Assembly (NCBI GenBank): GCA_951406725.2
Contig: OX597821.1
Span: forward strand, 54,250,001-54,314,000
Origin: Octopus vulgaris
Lineage: Eukaryota
DNA length: 64,000 bases
Direction: 5' to 3'
Shown here: positions 1-10,487 of the stretch, piece after piece
How the letters are laid out: each line of letters starts with the position of its first letter
Position numbering within the stretch: the first letter of the stretch is position 1
Made by a program: the position numbers and the translations under genes
Notes under the pieces: model-generated
The model's input: only the letters and a program-made list of their open reading frames with translations
What the model was told of the DNA's origin: nothing
Database searches by the model: none

Positions 1-175
1 TCGATACAGCTTGGCACCAGTGACGTCGCAACTCATTTCTACAGCTGAGTGAACTGGAGCAACGTGAAATAAAGTGCTTTGCTCAAGAACACAACACGCA
101 ACCCGGTCCGGGATTCGAACTCACAACCTCACGATCGTAAGCTCGACGCTCTAACCACTGAGCCATGCGCCTCCA
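1..175 (-). mobile_element. tRNA-derived SINE, 5' part (family C)
   Basis: The minus strand reads GGAGGCGCATGGCTCAGTGGTTAGAGCG...GAGTTCGAATCCCGG, with Pol III A and B boxes, then a body TTCTTGAGCAAAGCACTTTATTTCACGTTGCTCCAG shared with 31725-32015 and 56390-56600. Confidence 0.85.
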
Positions 176-214
176 TAAGTATGTATATATATATATATAT
201 GTATGTATATATCA

Positions 215-420
215 TTTGCCATGATAGATCGCTAGCCACTACACATACATTATTTTCTCTCTTTATTTTCTCTCCTTGCTTCTTTCTGTGTTCCGTTCTG
301 TGGAAGAGTGCAGGCTCAAAATGTTAAAGAATTTTTCACTTCTTGAGCATTATATTAATACATCTGTTTGTTGTCTACACCACCATTCTTCATCATTTGC
401 TTTTTTGTGAATTCTCCCTA
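215..420 (+). mobile_element. short (TA)n-flanked repeat with decayed hammerhead-like motif (PLE-related)
   Basis: Homologous to 8890-9075 in opposite orientation (CCATGATAGATCxCTAGCC...CATCTGTTTGTTGT). Contains CTGTGGAA-GAGT-GCAG-GCTC-AAAA-TGTT at ~298-325. Confidence 0.6.
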
Positions 421-605
421 TGTATGTATATACATATATATGTATGTATATATATATATATATGAAAAGGATTTGAAAAGCCCACTCGATTGGGAGAAAG
501 CGCTAATCCGAATGATATGATCTGAATGATATGATATATATGTAAAAAATGTAATATATAAATAAATATCTATAAATATGAACCATCCGATCTGATTACC
601 TCATT

Positions 606-653
<48 letters not shown>

Positions 654-662
<9 letters not shown>

Positions 663-779
663 GAAGGAGCTTCTACAGGACTAGAACTGTTTCATTCAAG
701 AGAAATCTTCAGGAAGCTTCCTGAAGATTTCTCTTGAATGAAACAGTTCTAGTCCTGTAGAAGCTCCTTCTATATAATA
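654..779. repeat. perfect 126-bp palindrome with no spacer, axis at 716/717
   Basis: TATTATATAGAAGGAGC...AGGAAG|CTTCCT...GCTCCTTCTATATAATA is self-complementary. It lies between (TA)n tracts at 614-657 and 852-884. Confidence 0.95.
715..765 (+). ncRNA. type I hammerhead ribozyme-like motif (mirror copy on minus strand at 668-718)
   Basis: Stem I AGCTTC/GAAGCT, core CTGAAGA, stem II TTC-TCTT-GAA with a non-canonical U.U closing pair, GAAA, stem III ACAG/CTGT, cleavage triplet GUA at 757-759. Confidence 0.65.
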
Positions 780-848
780 AATTAATTTTACTCTACTATG
801 TATTGAGTACCTTATTTACTGTGGTTAACCCCGAATCAACCCGGGACC

Positions 849-888
<40 letters not shown>

Positions 889-1332
889 GTGACGTATATT
901 TGCCATCTCAATATGGCTACCCCTAAGGGTGGATGCTACTGTAGTTTTTAGCCCCAGGAGGACACACTCCTCCAGCTGGCCATAGACACACTTTCTGTGT
1001 CCTGTCAGTATTTGCAAAGGGAAGTCATCCTTCCCGTCTTCAACTTATGATACACACGGACTCGAGTTTCGAGGTATTGACCTCTCGTCAGCGTGTGACA
1101 ATCATAGTTGTCGGCGAGAATTAGATTTCCTTCACAAATACTTATACTTTTTCCAGCGTCCACTGTCGCTGATATTGAAAAAGTGAAATCAAACGACTTC
1201 CCTTTGCAAATACTGACAGGACACAGAAAGTGTGTCTATGGCCAGCTGGAGGAGTGTGTCCTCCTGGGGCTAAAAACTACAGTAGCATCCACCCTTAGGG
1301 GTAGCCATATTGAGATGGCAAATATACGTCAC
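889..1332. mobile_element. 138-bp inverted repeat with HHR in the spacer (Penelope-like inverted pLTR structure)
   Basis: Arms 889-1026 and 1195-1332 are reverse complements. The 168-bp spacer carries an HHR. The element is flanked by (TA)n on both sides. Confidence 0.85.
1053..1097 (-). ncRNA. type I hammerhead ribozyme, canonical core
   Basis: Minus strand CACACG-CTGACGA-GAGGT-CAAT-ACCTC-GAAAC-TCGA-GTC-CGTGTG: 6-bp stem I, 5-bp stem II, short stem III with palindromic loop, GUC cleavage site. Stem I extends via CAACT(T)ATGAT/ATCATAGTTG. Confidence 0.92.
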
Positions 1333-1754
1333 AATGTGTTACCGCTACTGTATATAACTCACTTTGATATTTATCATTGTTATATATATACACATATATA
1401 TATATGCATATATATATACATACATATACATATTATTCAAATCTTTATACTTCCAACATTATCACACCCCATGAAAGTTATTATAATAATAGTAATAGCA
1501 AATTAACCCCTAGTAACAATTCTAAGAGCTTTATGTATGTAAATACCAATAATACCAGTGATAGCACTAATAACCCAAACTTAGCCAGAAACAATATAGA
1601 TAACATAGCTAATTGTAATGAAGACAATGATGTACTGAGGATTCCCCAGGTATCCCATGTGCAGCCATTAGATGTTAGTTGCACAACATCTAATGGTAGA
1701 ATCTAAGAGAGTAGCAATAATATAAATTTATGTAATTATACAAATGATAATAAC

Positions 1755-1854
1755 TTGAGAAATGATAACATAACACTTAATAATACTTCTAGGAATTTGA
1801 ACAGTACCATGTATGAAGACAGTACAAATATGAATAATAGGAGAAATGGTAATG

Positions 1855-1912
<58 letters not shown>

Positions 1913-2340
1913 TAATAATAATAATAATGATAATAATAATAATAATCGCAGTTGCAATTGTAGGGAAAGATCTCTCTGCCTACTATCAGGTCAATGTTTA
2001 GTAAGAAATATTGTTTATAAATGTGCAATACTGACAGAAAATGATAACTTTGTTTATATAGGGTACTCAGTAGATATGGAAAAAAATGAATTAATCATTT
2101 TTCATCCTTTAGAAATAAGCATAAAGCTCTTTATCTATGAAAATCTGGGAACTTAAAGACAATAATATCGATTTCAGTCTTAAATGGGATTTAGTACATA
2201 GAGCTCAAACATACATAAATAGCTGATATGGATGTTGTATGAAATTCTTAAATATAAAGATAAGAACAACTTGATTAATAATAAATTAGATCTTAGACTG
2301 TCAAGTGTTCGTAATATTAAGCGTGCATTTAAATACGTTA
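1755..2340 (+). pseudogene. Penelope-like GIY-YIG endonuclease remnant preceded by an (AAT)n Asn tract
   Basis: Translation RSCNCRERSLCLLSGQCLVRNIVYKCAIL...VYIGYS (Cys cluster plus the IVY...YIG motif), then frameshifted IDFSLKWDLVHRA and LINNK segments typical of PLE EN C-termini. Confidence 0.8.
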
Positions 2341-2675
2341 GAAGCTAGTAATTATTTAGTATAGTATATACATATTTTATTTTTGCTGACTAAAAAATTT
2401 GTTTTAACTCATTTGATCTATTAACTCTTAGTAATCATAATATATACCTACCCAGTCCCAGTGGTGAATCTATTCTATCACGATTAATATAAATATACTA
2501 TTTTTTCCTAATGAGTCCTTAATTTTCAAATCTCCCTTAATTATAAAATATACCCTCTATGACCTGTTACTATCATACCTCAATCCTTGTTCTTTGGTGC
2601 ATTTTAAATATATTTTCTTAACCTATTTCTAATGATAAATTCAATTCTATTTTATCTCTACTATAACCCGGTATA

Positions 2676-3115
2676 TCATCATCATCATCATTTAGCATCC
2701 GTTTTCCATGCTAGCATGGGTTGGACAGTTCAACTGGGGTCTGTGAAGCCAGAAGGCTGCATCAGGCCCAGTCTGATCTGGCAGTTTTTCTATGGCTGGA
2801 TGCCCTTCCTAACGCCAACCACTCTGCGAGTGTAGTGGGTGCTTTTTACGTGCCAGCCGCACAGGTGCCAGACGGAGCTGGCAAACAGCCACGAACGGAT
2901 GGTGCTTTTACGTGCCACTGGCACGGGGGCCAGGCGAGGCTGGCAATGGCCACGAACGGATGGTGCTTTTTACGTGTCATCAGCATGGAGGCCAGTTGGG
3001 GCAGCGCTGGCAACGGCCACAATTAGATGGTTCGCTTACTTGTCATCGGCACTGGTATCACAGCCGCAATTTCCATTGATGTTGATCAACTTCGATTTTG
3101 GTTCTGCTTTCTAAT
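2676..3115 (-). mobile_element. RTE-type LINE 3' end or RTE-tailed SINE with (ATG)n tail and internal ~62-bp tandem units
   Basis: (CAT)n-TTAGCATCCGTTTTCCATGCTAGCATGGGTTGGAC...CTGGATGCCCTTCCTAA. The same tail is contiguous with RT-coding sequence at 6698-8240. Confidence 0.75.
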
Positions 3116-4208
3116 ATCTGATTTGATACTTATGCTTATTTCCATTGAGTATTAATTATTAATTAATATTCTAATTATAACTATTTATATAACAATTCCA
3201 TTATAATATTTTCTTTATTTTCATTTTATATTGCCCTATTTCCTTTTTATATATCTTAGTATAGTATCTATTATTGGCTTACTTTTACAAAATCTTTTTA
3301 AAAAAGAATTTTTCAATATAACTTTTTTTTTGCAATTTTTTATTATAGCTTTTAGTATAATTCTTCTTTGAAATATTTTCTTATATTTCCTCGTATATTT
3401 TATAAATCTTATATCTTAAATTCTTATATCTTAAGATTTTATATACTCTTCATATGTTTTTCATAATTTTTGTATGTTTTATTAATACTTTGACAATTTT
3501 GAAATTTCTTTCATATATCCCACTGTGTACTGTGAACCTAAAATTATATATTTTTTACATATATATTAAATATTTTATGTTTTATATTTTCTTGCTTTTG
3601 CATATATATCCTTTACATTTTTTTATATTTTCTTATATTATATTCTATATTTATATTTGGTTATATTTATATTTTTATTTTTTATTTCCTTATATTTTTA
3701 AAGTTTTTATAGCATAAAAATTTGAATGCAATTTATAATATCTAATCTTTTTCATAAAATTCGTTATATGCTTCAACCTTATATAATCATATATTAAATT
3801 ACATGTTAACTCCTTTAGTTATATCTGGAATTTCTTTCTAGGCTTTATATATCAATATGTTTACATTTTGCTTTGACAGCATAAGTAAATCAAGGTAAAA
3901 AATTACTCCTTCAATTTATATCCCACCTATAATCCTTTAAGAGGTATTCCTTTTTACAGTTCACTTTTTATTCCCCTTTCATATGACAATCAAAATATGC
4001 TTTATTAGCCATCCCTATCCCCTCTTCTCTTTCTATTATCCCCATTTCTCCTTCAGACATTCTCGTTTACCACCCCATGACATACCCCTTTGGTGTTGAT
4101 ATAGCCAGATGTAAAGTTCCATTTCCTCAGATTGTAGAATGGTCTGTCATGATACTAATTAGTTTATGACTCCTTAAAGATCTAATTTTAGATGTTTTGA
4201 AGACTACT

Positions 4209-4431
4209 TGGCAGAAACGTTAGCACGCCAGGCGAGATGCGTAGCCGTATTTCGTCTGTCCATTACATTCCGAGTTCAAATTCCGCCGAGGTCGACTTTG
4301 CCTTTCATCCTTACGGGGTCGATAAATTAAGTACCAGTTACGCACTGGGGTCGATGTAATCGACTTAATCCCTCTGTCTGTCCTTGTTTGTCCCCTCTGT
4401 GTTTAACCCCTTGTGGGTAGTAAAGAAATAT
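4209..4431 (+). mobile_element. SINE family B (Meta/MESC-like central domain)
   Basis: TGGCAGAAACGTTAGCACG...GAGTTCAAATTCC (B box)...GCCTTTCATCCTTACGGGGTCGATAAATTAAGTACC. Many copies in the window. Confidence 0.8.
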
Positions 4432-5011
4432 ACATTTTCCCTATTGTCTTCAATGTATAGATAACGGGGTCACTACTCTCCTCATCTCTCCCCCTACTGT
4501 AGCCTATGCTAGTTTCTGTCTCATCTATCAATGTACTGTTCTTTCTTCATTTTGCCAAAAAATTTAGCTGCAGAATCATTGTAAATATTTATCCTCTATT
4601 GATGATATGAATATGTTTAAATATCTAACTTGTTCTTTTTGCTTGAGGTTTATGCAATCATCTGATGGGAACAGTATTCTTTGTAATGATGTAATGTTTT
4701 CATTGATCGATTAAAGAAGACACTTATACCTCTTTGTTACATATTTATATTTTACTCACCTACCCTGGAATCTCCACTTCTGAAGTATTTGGAGAGTATC
4801 TTTATATAAAGTACATGTCTGAACAAACAAGAGTGGATTTATTCACTAAGTTGGACCATGCCATCTGCATACACTGCATGAAGATCGAGTAGAAAAATTT
4901 ATATGTAGCGTTTGATGCTCAACTAATATTGCTTATAAATAAATTCATCCTAACGAGGTGCCTCAATTTAAGTGCCTAATTCAACTGAATCTAAATTACA
5001 TTATATACATA

Positions 5012-5198
5012 TCATCATCACCATCATCGTTTAACGTCCGTTTTCTATGCTAGCATGGGTTGGACGGTTCGACCAGGATCTGGGAAGCCAGGAGGCTGCA
5101 CCAGGCTCCAGTACGATCTGGCAGTGTTTCTATGGCTGGATGCCCTTCCTAATGCCAACCACTCCGTGAGTGTAGTGGGTGCTTTTTATGTGCCACCG

Positions 5199-5200
<2 letters not shown>
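5012..5200 (-). mobile_element. RTE-type 3' tail repeat
   Basis: Same (CAT)n...CTGGATGCCCTTCCTAATGCCAACCAC motif as 2676-3115. Confidence 0.75.
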
Positions 5201-5238
<38 letters not shown>

Positions 5239-5306
5239 TTATATGTATGTAACTGTATATGTATGTATACATATATATGCATATAGACACATGTATATAC
5301 ATACAT

Positions 5307-5357
<51 letters not shown>

Positions 5358-5365
5358 TATATATG
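5201..5365. repeat. compound (CA)n/(TA)n microsatellite
   Basis: Read directly from the sequence. Confidence 0.9.
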
Positions 5366-6289
5366 CGTACCTGTTTTCTCCACAACACTCGTTCATCTAT
5401 GATTCTTGCAACTATGGCTTTATACTGCTGCTGCAATCATATGAGAGCAGAATCTGTATAGTTTAATCTCTCTATATTTCCAGTAACCTCTACCTCCCAC
5501 TGGAAGCACTTTCTTTTAAAATCCATCTATCATTCTCAGCATCATCACTTCCCACTCTATTTTCCATGGATCACCTCATTCTGCACCTTCAGTTATCTCT
5601 CTCTCTCTTCTCTTTGTTACATCTTAGGAGTGCCATGCCTAATCTTTAATACCCTCTCATATATGCTATTATTTTCCATCTCTGTCACCGTACATCTCTC
5701 TCTATCTCTTTCTCTCCTTCCTACTCAATCTTCCAATCCTACACACCACCTTATTTTTGTCTTATCTCTCTGCAGGCTTTTTATTCTGCCAATTTCCATC
5801 CTTCCTGTACTTCTCTTTCTTGAACAACCCTTATATCTTCCACCTCACCTCTGTCTTGATGTTTGCCATCGATCACATCCTCACCCTTCTTCATTGCTCA
5901 CCTCTACTTCATCTATAACTATCTGCTACTCTCCTCTCACACTCTTATAAACCTCCCCACTTACCTGCCCACTTACCAATTCTCTGTCCATATTTTATCT
6001 TATACTTATCTTCGTAATCCATCAAAGTATTCTGTGAAATGTTGTCACCACCACCACCTTTGTTTTCCTTTCAGCTACTCCCACACTCTTTTATATGATA
6101 TGGGTAGGCATGTATCATCTCTACAGTAATATGCATACACCTGTCCTCCAAGCATATTTTTATCCATCACCACCTGAAATGAAGTCACCTCTCTCAATAC
6201 TATGGGCCCACTACGTCAAGGGGAGTTGACTTGCAAATTATTTCATAAAACAACTGTTGCTGGTCTCAAAAAAAAAAGGAAAAAAGCTC

Positions 6290-6447
6290 CCAGGACAAAG
6301 TGTAAGTTGACTGGCATTAGGAAGGACATTGAGCTATAGAAACCATGTTAAACTAGCCTTTGCAGCTAAACCCAGTAATTTTGTTTGTTGGATCCAGTCT
6401 AACCATCCAACGCATGGCAGTAAGGAATATGGACATTATATGATGAT
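6290..6447 (+). mobile_element. degenerate RTE-type 3' tail repeat
   Basis: GGCATTAGGAAGGACATTGAGCTATAGAAAC...AACCATCCAACGCATG...(GAT)n. Confidence 0.6.
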
Positions 6448-6459
6448 GAAGATCATGAT

Positions 6460-6544
6460 ATATGTGCGTGTATGTATGTATGTATGTATGTATGTATGTG
6501 TCTGTGTGTGTATGTATGTATGTGTGTATGTATGTGTATATGTA

Positions 6545-6579
<35 letters not shown>

Positions 6580-6697
6580 ATGGATGGATGGATGGATGGA
6601 TGGATAGATGTGTGTGGATGTATGTATTTATGTATGTGTGTGTGTATGTATGTATGTATGTATGTATGTATGTATGTATGTATGTATGTTTATATGT
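6460..6697. repeat. compound (TATG)n/(GT)n/(GGAT)n microsatellite
   Basis: Read directly from the sequence. Confidence 0.9.
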
Positions 6698-8240
6698 ATC
6701 ATCATCATTTAATGTCCATTTTCCATGCTGGCATGGGTTGGACAATTTGACCAGAGCTGGCAAGCTGGAAAAGTGCACCAGGTTCCAGTCTGATTTGGCT
6801 TGGTTTCTACAGCTGGATGATCTTCCTAATACCAACCACTTTACAGAATGCACTGGGTGCTTTTTACATGGCACCATTTTGGGTGATTTTATGTGGCACC
6901 AGCACTGGCCAATCTTTTACAGAAGGGAAAGAGGAATCAACAGTTCTACTGTAGAGAACAGGTCTTCTTGAATGCTCCAAGGCACCAGATATCTTAGTCC
7001 ATTGTCATCTCTTCCATAACGCTAATTGTCCTTAGATCACTCTTCAGTACTTCATCCTATGTCTTCTTGGGTCTTCCTCTTCCATGAGTTTCCTCCATTT
7101 TGAGTGATCAATACTTCTTTATGGAGTAATCTACATCCACAGCACCACATGACCAAATCAGTGCAGTCTTCTGTCTTGCACACTGCATCTAATTCCTCTT
7201 CTATCAACACACTAGCACTCTGTTGCACATATACACTTACATTGCACACCCAGCTGAGCATGCTAGCCACATTCCTCTCTAGCGTTCACATATCCTCTGA
7301 ATTTAGGGCCCATATGACACTACCACATAGAATTGCTTTTCGAATACATGCATCATAATCTTTGGTTGCCAACAGAGGTAAAAGCTCTCTGGAGTTTTTA
7401 TATCCTAATCTTATTCTTGCCATTACACTTTCTGTACATCCTCCCCCACTATTAATTTGGTCCCGTAGATATCCTCTGCCTCTGAAGAGCCTCCAAGGTA
7501 TTTGAGAAAATTAATTTCCCAAGTATCTGTAGTTCTTATGGTTCTTGTGCATCTTCCACTTACGAACACTACTTTCTCTGATTACCTTCCTGTTACTCCA
7601 TTGCACCACTTGTGTGACATAGCTTGCTCTGGGTACACTGAATGAACTTCCTGCCTACACTTTTCCTACATATTAAAAAGAGACATTTACCTGAAGGGAG
7701 TAGGGTCATGTCTGTTTTCTTGCTTACTGAAACATTAGTGTTTGCTAAGTTAATATTAAGGCCCTTAGATTCCAGGTTTTACTACCACACCTAGAATTAT
7801 TTTTCCTTGCAGAATCTGCAATGAGAGAAAGATTATCAGCACATAGCAGTTCCCATGGGCAGCCTGTTTTGAATTCCTCTGTTGTACCTGAAGGACAATG
7901 ATGAAAAGGATGGGACTGAAGATTGAACCCAGATGTACACCTACCTGTACACCAATTTTTTCACTGTACCCTCATCTTACTGATAGCATCTCTGTACATA
8001 GCCTGCACAGTTTTCACAAGTCACTTGTCTACGTCTAGCCTCCTCAGAGCCCACCATATCACACAGTGGGAAACTCTATCAAAGGCTTTCTCTAGATCAA
8101 CAGACACCAAGTATAACAGCTCATTCTTAGCTAAATATTTCTTTTGAAATTGCCTGACTATGAAAATAGCATCAGTAATGCTTCTCCTCAGGGCAAGGCC
8201 AAACTGTATTGCATCTAGCCTAATTTGATTTCTAATTAAT
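6698..8240 (-). mobile_element. RTE-clade LINE, 5'-truncated, degenerate RT plus 3' tail
   Basis: Minus-strand peptides QFGLALRRSITDAIFIVRQFQKKY...VDLEKAFDRV, PWELLCADNL (YADD-like), LESKGLNIN and GGGCTESVMARIRLG, ending in the (ATG)n tail. Multiple stops and frameshifts. Confidence 0.85.
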
Positions 8241-8481
8241 TGGGTTAGATAGAAAGAAATGAAGAAATTCTCTCTTAATTTATTTTCATACAAGTAGAGA
8301 AACTTTTCAAAGGAAATAAGCAAAAATAAAATATTGCCAATATTCTATTTTATTTTACTTTATTTGGTTCATTCTGGTTCATTTCATTTCCTTGGAACAT
8401 TTGAAAATGTTCTTTACCTATGTATAAAAAAATTAATGAACAATTCTTTAATTTCTTCTGTTACTATTATTATTCCTCATA

Positions 8482-8878
8482 TCTTTATATATAAAAGTCA
8501 AGTTGTGTGTCTGTCTCCTACGATTTAGATTCCGAACTACTCCCACATTTTGCGGTGCAGTTTAACCAAAACCGGGTATCTTATAGTCGTGATTCATATG
8601 GAGCCCTTCTGGGTATTAGCACATGTCTACGATGAGTCTACGATTTAAAAAAAATTTACCATCATTTTTTTTCCATTTTAATGCCTTTTTTCGCTATTAT
8701 ATAAGGGAAGTAACTCTCTAAAAATGTCTACGATGAGTCTACGATTTAAAAAAAAATTTACCATCATTTTTTTTCCATTTTTAATGCATTTTTTGCTATT
8801 TTTTGGCTATAACTCTCTAAAAATGCTTATATAGTTATTTCCCTTACAAACCCGAGCAACGCCGGGCGATACTGCTAG
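8482..8878 (+). mobile_element. non-autonomous Helitron
   Basis: 5' TC start (TCTTTATATATAAAA), 3' hairpin CCCGAGCAACGCCGGG then CTAG, inserted between A and T, with an internal ~100-bp tandem duplication (8623-8822). Confidence 0.8.
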
Positions 8879-8889
8879 TATATATATAT

Positions 8890-9075
8890 CGCGAAAATTT
8901 ACAGAAAAAAAAACAAAAGAGAAAGACAGGTGTGTAAACAACAAACAGATGTATTAGTTTAATGCTCGGGGAGTGAGAAAGTCTTTTATGTTTTGAGCCT
9001 ATGCTCTTCGACAGAAAGGAACACAGAAATAAGCAGGGAGAGAAATTAGAAAAAGGTTTAGGGGCTAGTGATCTA
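8890..9075 (-). mobile_element. short repeat with decayed hammerhead-like motif (same family as 215-420)
   Basis: Minus strand CTTT-CTGTCGAA-GAGC-ATAG-GCTC-AAAAC-ATA-AAAG at 8981-9019. Confidence 0.6.
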
Positions 9076-9219
9076 TCATGGCGAACCATAATCAGCCGAA
9101 ATTGCGAAGATGATCTGGTTCTTGACTGATGACTGAGAGTTTCGAAAGACCCGTCCGTGTTTTTTGTCGTCTTCTAAATGTTTCACGTTCTTGTCCCAGT
9201 TTGTGTATTTTTTTACTTT

Positions 9220-9259
<40 letters not shown>

Positions 9260-10309
9260 CACATATACACACAGAGAGTATATAAGAAGTATATGTATAT
9301 ATATAAATACAAATGCACATGTGCATGCACACACACATACATAAATATAGATAGATAGAATTGTTTGTGTAGGGTTGGAATGTGTGTATGGGTTTTATAT
9401 GTGAATGACTTTTGGGGTGTGTTGGCAGGATGTCTAAACACTTAGACCTTTATTTTGATGTTTATTTATCTGTGCATTCATTTTTGTATTCATCAGCTAA
9501 ATTCTTTGCTGGGTTCTCAGGATATGACAGTAGGTAGATCAGAGGTAGAGAACATAGTGATTATGGTCGTGATGCATCCCGTAGATATGAAAAAAATATA
9601 CATTCTTTCTTCATGTGAACAGGGCTAAAACTCACTTCTGCAGTTTAGGTAGATGTCCAGATGCTAAAATTTTTTTGATATATTTTTATTTTCCTCAGTT
9701 AAATATAATGTACTTTTTCTACCACTATTAGAATACTCTTTGCACTTCACTTAGATTTTTCTATTTATGTTGTAGTTCATGTTTATTTCCATTAACAAGT
9801 AGACATGCCTGGCCAGGTCTGTAGCATTTTTGTCTCTAGGGGATACTGAAGGAGGAGTTATGGTTATTGAATCTTGTTCTGAAGGAACCTTCTTCTTCTG
9901 TCACATACTACATACTTTCACATGCTTGGCTGCCCATTTAGGCCTTCTGATGTTACCTCTACCTCATACATGACCGTTTCCATGTTGCAGTGGTTGTTAA
10001 TAGGACATGTGGTGTTACCACTACATAAGCAATATATATATATATATATACATATAAGAGGGATGACCACTATGTGGGCAACCCTTATGCTGGACGTAGA
10101 TCCGCTATGGTCTTACCACTAAGAAATGTTCTCAAGAAAAATTTAGCAAACACCAGAATGTAAGCAAGCAAGTCAAATGAAAAGTAACAAAATACAGATT
10201 ATGGTGGTTATGCCTCTCATATATATAGTGGTCATCATTTTCATATGTATATAATACAATTTACTGAACTTTCAGATTTTAATATGTTAGACCACTGGTG
10301 TTAAATTGA

Positions 10310-10456
10310 TTTCAGTTTCCGTCTACCAAATCCACTCACATGGCTTTGGTAGGCCTCGGGCTATAGTAGAAGACACTTGCCCAAGGTGTCATACAGTGGG
10401 AATGAACCTGGAATCATGTGGTTCATAAGCAAGCTACTTACCACTCAGCCACTCCT
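10310..10456 (-). mobile_element. tRNA-derived SINE family A, 5' half
   Basis: Minus strand GGAGTGGCTGAGTGGTAAGTAGCTTGCT...GGTTCATTCCC...CACCTTGGGCAAGTGTCTTCTACTATAGC. Confidence 0.8.
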
Positions 10457-10487
10457 ATGTTAAGATTATCTCTACAAATTTTCTATA

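Noticed and set aside
100-175. tRNA gene
   Set aside because: A and B boxes are present, but the acceptor stem does not pair and the sequence continues into a repeated SINE body. The same applies to 28385 and 36731.
796-1506. Identical peptide QILTGHRKCVYGQLEEC on both strands
   Set aside because: It is a by-product of the 138-bp inverted repeat and shows no protein motif.
2838-3030. CRISPR-like repeat-spacer pattern
   Set aside because: The units are homologous along their full length, lie in a eukaryotic retroelement tail, and there are no cas genes.
9085-9215. Hammerhead at CTGATGA...GAAAGACCCGTC
   Set aside because: Core words are present but stems I, II and III could not be formed. 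Left uncalled.
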